Below are positions 33,417 to 35,680 of a stretch of 35,680 bases of DNA, piece after piece (the first letter of the stretch is position 1; each line of letters starts with the position of its first letter). The notes beneath the pieces were generated by a model. It was given only the letters and a program-made list of their open reading frames with translations, did no database searches and was not told the origin of the DNA. Position numbers and translations under genes: made by a program. Origin of the DNA: Raillietiella orientalis (lineage: Eukaryota); the NCBI GenBank assembly GCA_036172245.1, contig JAYWIR010000047.1, forward strand, positions 1,302,001-1,337,680, written 5' to 3'.

Positions 33417-35680
33417 ATGGCCTCGTCGCTGTCCAGTGCCAGGAGGATTAACATCGCCTCCTGGAATGTGAATGGACTGACGGACCAGGGAAAGAGAAAG
33501 ATCATCATGCGGACCATCGCAAAATTTAAGGTGGTGTGCCTACAAGAAATCCACCGTCTCGGGCAACAGAACGCCCTGGAGATGGAACGCCGATTCGACG
33601 GACAACTGTTCGCCAGCGAGGGACAGAAGAAGACCATGGGGGTGGCGATCCTCATCAAGAACGAGCTCGCCCACACCATTTTGGAAACCTTCTGTCAGGT
33701 ACCTGGCAGAGTAATCGGCGTGCGACTGTCCTGGTCCAGTAACGTTCACCTCTTCCTGGTGAACGTCTACGGACCGCACAAGATCAAGCATCGGTGCGCG
33801 GAGAAGCTGCAAGAAGAACTCCGCAAACGAGTGGCACCGAAGGACATAGTTATCGTCGCTGGGGATTTCAACATCCTGGATGAAATTAAATATTCTCAGG
33901 ATGCAAGAGGAAGAGCGGCGTATCGGCGGCTGTCCGACGAGTTCGGACTTGTGTGGCGAACAGCTAGCCACAAGCCGATCGATCACGTCCTCCACAGTGC
34001 GGAGATAGACAACCGCATCCAGGGTTTTCGTGACATCCCACACCTGTTGTCCGATCACCCAGTGGTACGGTTTACACTCCGCACTGAGAATCCTCGTAAA
34101 GAAAAGGCCACCAGGGCGGCGCTCATCTGCATGCCCGCCTGGTTCGAAACGCTTCCCGGTCACCAGGAAGTCATCGAGGCGATCCTGCAAGATACTACCA
34201 TCCGCAGGGTCGCCGACTGGGACCGATTGAAGCACAGAATCCATCTGTTCTGCAATATGCAGTACTTCTGTAAGCGCATGAGGCAGGAAGCGTACCGGGA
34301 GCTGAACATCCAAGATCGCTCCCTCTCGAAGTACTTCGATCAGTACGAGAGTCGGTACGTCTTCCAGAACACGAAAAGGGAGGTCGGCGTGCTGGAAAAG
34401 AGGAATCTGGCCACAGATATCTTCTGCATCCAGTGCGACGGCCAAGAGCGGCACACGTCGGAGGATATCGCGGAATCCTTTCACAGGCATTACGCGAGAC
34501 ACTTCCGACGACAAGATCTCTGCCGCTCGAGTCAGCAAGCCTTCCTGGGTTACCTCGAGAAGAGGACGGACGACCTCCAAAGAAGTAGACTGGAGGAGGA
34601 GTTCTCCGAAGAGGAAGTGAAGACTGCGTTTGGGCAGCTTCGCAAGGATGTGGCAGCAGGCCCTGATAGTGTACCCATCTCGCACTATCAGCGGTACCTG
34701 CACGCCTACCTGCGTTTGTTCCACCAGTTGACACTCTGCATCCGAGAAGAAGGACGACTTCCGGGATCCTTCTACGAGAGTAGGATGAGATTGCTGCCAA
34801 AAGGAGGCGATCTCACGCAGATCGCTCAATGGAGGCCGATCTCGATCCTAAACTCAGATGCCAAGTGGTTGGCGAAGATCTGGTCCAACCGCTTAGGCAG
34901 GGTCATGTCGAGGCTGATCTCTCCGGTCCAGACGTGTGCAGTCCCAGGACGACACATGTCTGACAATGGTAAGTGTGCCCAGGCCACCGTCGGTCTCAGC
35001 CGATACGTCGGCGAGAACCTGGTGCTGGTGTTCACCGACATGGAGAAGGCCTTCGACTCCATCGACCACGGGATGCTGCTGAAGGTTCTGGAGAAGCTTG
35101 GGCTTCCGAAACACTTCAGCAACTTCGTGAGGGCGGTACTCCAAAACCAGTACTGCCGTATCAAAATCAACGGCCAAGAGACGGCAGCAATTAGGATGGA
35201 ACGAGGAGTCCGGCAGGGCGACTCGCTAAGTCCAATGCTGTTCGTCATATACATGGAGGCGCTGTCTTCTTACATCGAGAGAAGCGGTCGTCTATCAGGG
35301 ATCTCCATTGATGGTCAGCACCTGACCCATCTGGCATACGCAGATGATCTCCTCTTCTTCATCAAGGGAGAGAGGAATCAACGAGCGTTCCTGGATGTGG
35401 TCGACCTCATGGAACGGGGACTGGGCTTGAAAATCAATGCCCAAAAGAGCCAGCTTTTGCCCGTCGGAATCCTGAACCTCTCCACTCTAACGGGGAGTGG
35501 ATTCCGTACGGTGGACACGGCCAAGTACCTGGGAGTCTACATCGGCGACGACTCTGCGTCGAAACTGCTGTGGACGGAAATCCTGGGGAAAACGGCCAAC
35601 GAAGCAGCGAATTACACTCGAGTGGACTTTAACATGAAGCGAAGAGCCAACCTGTGGAACGGAGTACTTCTACCAAAGAT
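33417..35680 (+). CDS. ORF2: APE endonuclease + reverse transcriptase (3'-incomplete)
   Basis: Hand translation shows no stop over 754 codons: IASWNVNGL, VCLQEIH, NVYGP, AGDFN (33858-33872), IDH, LSDH, WRPISILNSDAK, TDMEKAFDSI, RGVRQGDSLSPMLF, LAYADD (YADD 35337-35348), KYLGV. Confidence 0.97.
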   Translation, partial: MASSLSSARRINIASWNVNGLTDQGKRKIIMRTIAKFKVVCLQEIHRLGQQNALEMERRFDGQLFASEGQKKTMGVAILIKNELAHTILETFCQVPGRVIGVRLSWSSNVHLFLVNVYGPHKIKHRCAEKLQEELRKRVAPKDIVIVAGDFNILDEIKYSQDARGRAAYRRLSDEFGLVWRTASHKPIDHVLHSAEIDNRIQGFRDIPHLLSDHPVVRFTLRTENPRKEKATRAALICMPAWFETLPGHQEVIEAILQDTTIRRVADWDRLKHRIHLFCNMQYFCKRMRQEAYRELNIQDRSLSKYFDQYESRYVFQNTKREVGVLEKRNLATDIFCIQCDGQERHTSEDIAESFHRHYARHFRRQDLCRSSQQAFLGYLEKRTDDLQRSRLEEEFSEEEVKTAFGQLRKDVAAGPDSVPISHYQRYLHAYLRLFHQLTLCIREEGRLPGSFYESRMRLLPKGGDLTQIAQWRPISILNSDAKWLAKIWSNRLGRVMSRLISPVQTCAVPGRHMSDNGKCAQATVGLSRYVGENLVLVFTDMEKAFDSIDHGMLLKVLEKLGLPKHFSNFVRAVLQNQYCRIKINGQETAAIRMERGVRQGDSLSPMLFVIYMEALSSYIERSGRLSGISIDGQHLTHLAYADDLLFFIKGERNQRAFLDVVDLMERGLGLKINAQKSQLLPVGILNLSTLTGSGFRTVDTAKYLGVYIGDDSASKLLWTEILGKTANEAANYTRVDFNMKRRANLWNGVLLPK

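Larger units (their letters stand above)
31464..35680 (+). mobile_element. Apparently intact L1/Tx1-clade non-LTR retrotransposon (runs off window)
   Basis: Uninterrupted ORF1 and ORF2 separated by a 16-nt spacer (33401-33416). The 5' boundary is placed at the U4 3' end by inference. Confidence 0.95.

Noticed and set aside
33540..34829. 429-aa minus-strand ORF and other ORFs antisense to ORF1/ORF2
   Set aside because: Antisense shadows of GC-rich coding sequence with no motifs.
1..35680. CRISPR array or prokaryotic operon/defence system
   Set aside because: No repeat-spacer array or gene-dense operon structure; snRNAs and LINEs show the DNA is eukaryotic.

Overview
Eukaryotic, probably arthropod-like DNA (inferred from Drosophila-like U1/U4 snRNA sequences and an RdRp resembling those of arthropod toti-like viruses). 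I recognised no host protein-coding gene. The window is a nest of L1/Tx1-clade non-LTR retrotransposon pieces in both orientations. It ends in an apparently intact element: ORF1 with an RRM-like region and three CCHC knuckles (to 33400), and an uninterrupted APE-endonuclease/RT ORF2 (33417 to the window end, missing from the ORF track). The main observation is that related ORF1-bearing copies are preceded, on the same strand, by spliceosomal Sm-class snRNAs three times: a full-length U4 (31325-31463) fused to the intact element, a full-length U1 (15447-15282, minus) fused to an ORF1 relic, and an internally deleted U1 relic (21640-21719) ahead of another ORF1 relic. A toti-like dsRNA-virus RdRp fossil (about 5850-4663, minus) is likewise fused co-directionally to a 5'-truncated ORF2. 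The LINE 3' ends lack poly(A) and end in U-tract/AATAAA/GC hairpin. Together this suggests a LINE lineage that either targets snRNA-gene 3' ends or habitually template-jumps onto foreign RNAs. All identifications were made by eye and need Infernal/BLAST confirmation.
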